Part shown: piece by piece, positions 63,639 to 64,000 of the stretch
Layout of the letters: every line of letters begins with the position of its first letter
Numbering within the stretch: the first letter of the stretch is position 1
IMG/VR virus record: IMGVR_UViG_3300034410_000474
Coordinates: 17,575-81,574 of that record
Reading direction: 5' to 3' (one strand)
Source: a virus
Lineage: Duplodnaviria; Caudoviricetes
DNA length: 64,000 nucleotides
Position numbers and translations under genes: made by a program
Notes under the pieces: generated by a model
Seen by the model: only the letters and a program-made list of their open reading frames with translations
What the model was told of the DNA's origin: nothing
Database searches by the model: none

Positions 63639-64000
63639 TCATATTCCCTTAAGTGTTTCTGATATTGAGTTATCAGAAGCAATGTTATCAGCAGCAAGAC
63701 TTACATCATCGTACTGAATAATACCTGGCATAAAGTTCAAATATTCTACGAACGGTTTTAAACAATCATGAAACTCGTGGAGCTTCATAAAAAGCATGTT
63801 AGTTGCTTCCGGTCCAAATACATTATAAATTATGATCAGGTGATTCAGAATCAACCTTTCCTTTAAGTCGTCATCTTGTCTATATCTACCAAATAGTTTA
63901 CGTAGATATTGAAATCGCTTTAGGTCCTCTTCGAACTCAGAAACGTCTGAGCATTGAGGGTTATCATAATGTTTTGATGCAAACAACAGAAAAGTTGATT
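63639..64000 (-). CDS. Conserved T4-like phage protein (open at window edge)
   Basis: STFLLFASKHYDNPQC..EFEEDLKRFQYL, ERLILNHLII.YNVFG; frame open to 64000. Confidence 0.8.
   Translation of the reverse strand, partial: STFLLFASKHYDNPQCSDVSEFEEDLKRFQYLRKLFGRYRQDDDLKERLILNHLIIIYNVFGPEATNMLFMKLHEFHDCLKPFVEYLNFMPGIIQYDDVSLAADNIASDNSISETLKGI

Noticed and set aside
1-64000. tRNA, rRNA or tmRNA genes
   Set aside because: No T-loop GTTCRANYC in a cloverleaf context found by eye; intergenic gaps are mostly too short. A tRNAscan-SE run would be definitive.
1-64000. Stop-codon reassignment or programmed frameshifts
   Set aside because: Core genes are full length in the standard code and end in TAA, TAG or TGA; no split core gene was seen.

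Overview
A 64-kb segment of an AT-rich, lytic T4-like myovirus (Caudoviricetes, T4 supergroup), probably aquatic. It infects a Gram-negative host, most likely an alphaproteobacterium (inferred from a Shemin-type ALA synthase, SleB hydrolase, spanins and a porin). The + strand (1-19955) is the late virion module: tail-fibre-associated genes, a sugar-modification trio, then gp13-14-15-16-17-18-19-20-core-21-22-23, driven by TATAAATA late promoters and closed by a cUUCGg terminator. The - strand (20039-64000) carries early, middle and some late genes. These include a run of small ORFs each with its own perfect TTGACA-N17-TATAAT cassette, DNA metabolism (exonuclease, rnh, dNMP kinase, ligase, nrdC/A/B, thyA, DHFR, primase), a displaced late virion block (collagen-like fibre, PAAR), and a lysis block (GH19 endolysin, spanins). 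Auxiliary genes are unusually rich: glyA, hemA+YbaN+porin, phoH, an APS-kinase module, and many glycan enzymes, including a GT17-sulfotransferase fusion. The best candidate for an undescribed system is a phage-encoded, late-expressed pathway for a sulfated/methylated glycan (sulfate activation, nucleotide sugars, GT17-sulfotransferase), plausibly decorating the virion. Second is the glyA/hemA/YbaN/porin tetrapyrrole module. Several cis-regulatory structures were also read directly from the sequence. No tRNA, CRISPR array, intron, intein or transposase was seen. All family assignments come from motif recognition by eye, not database searches.
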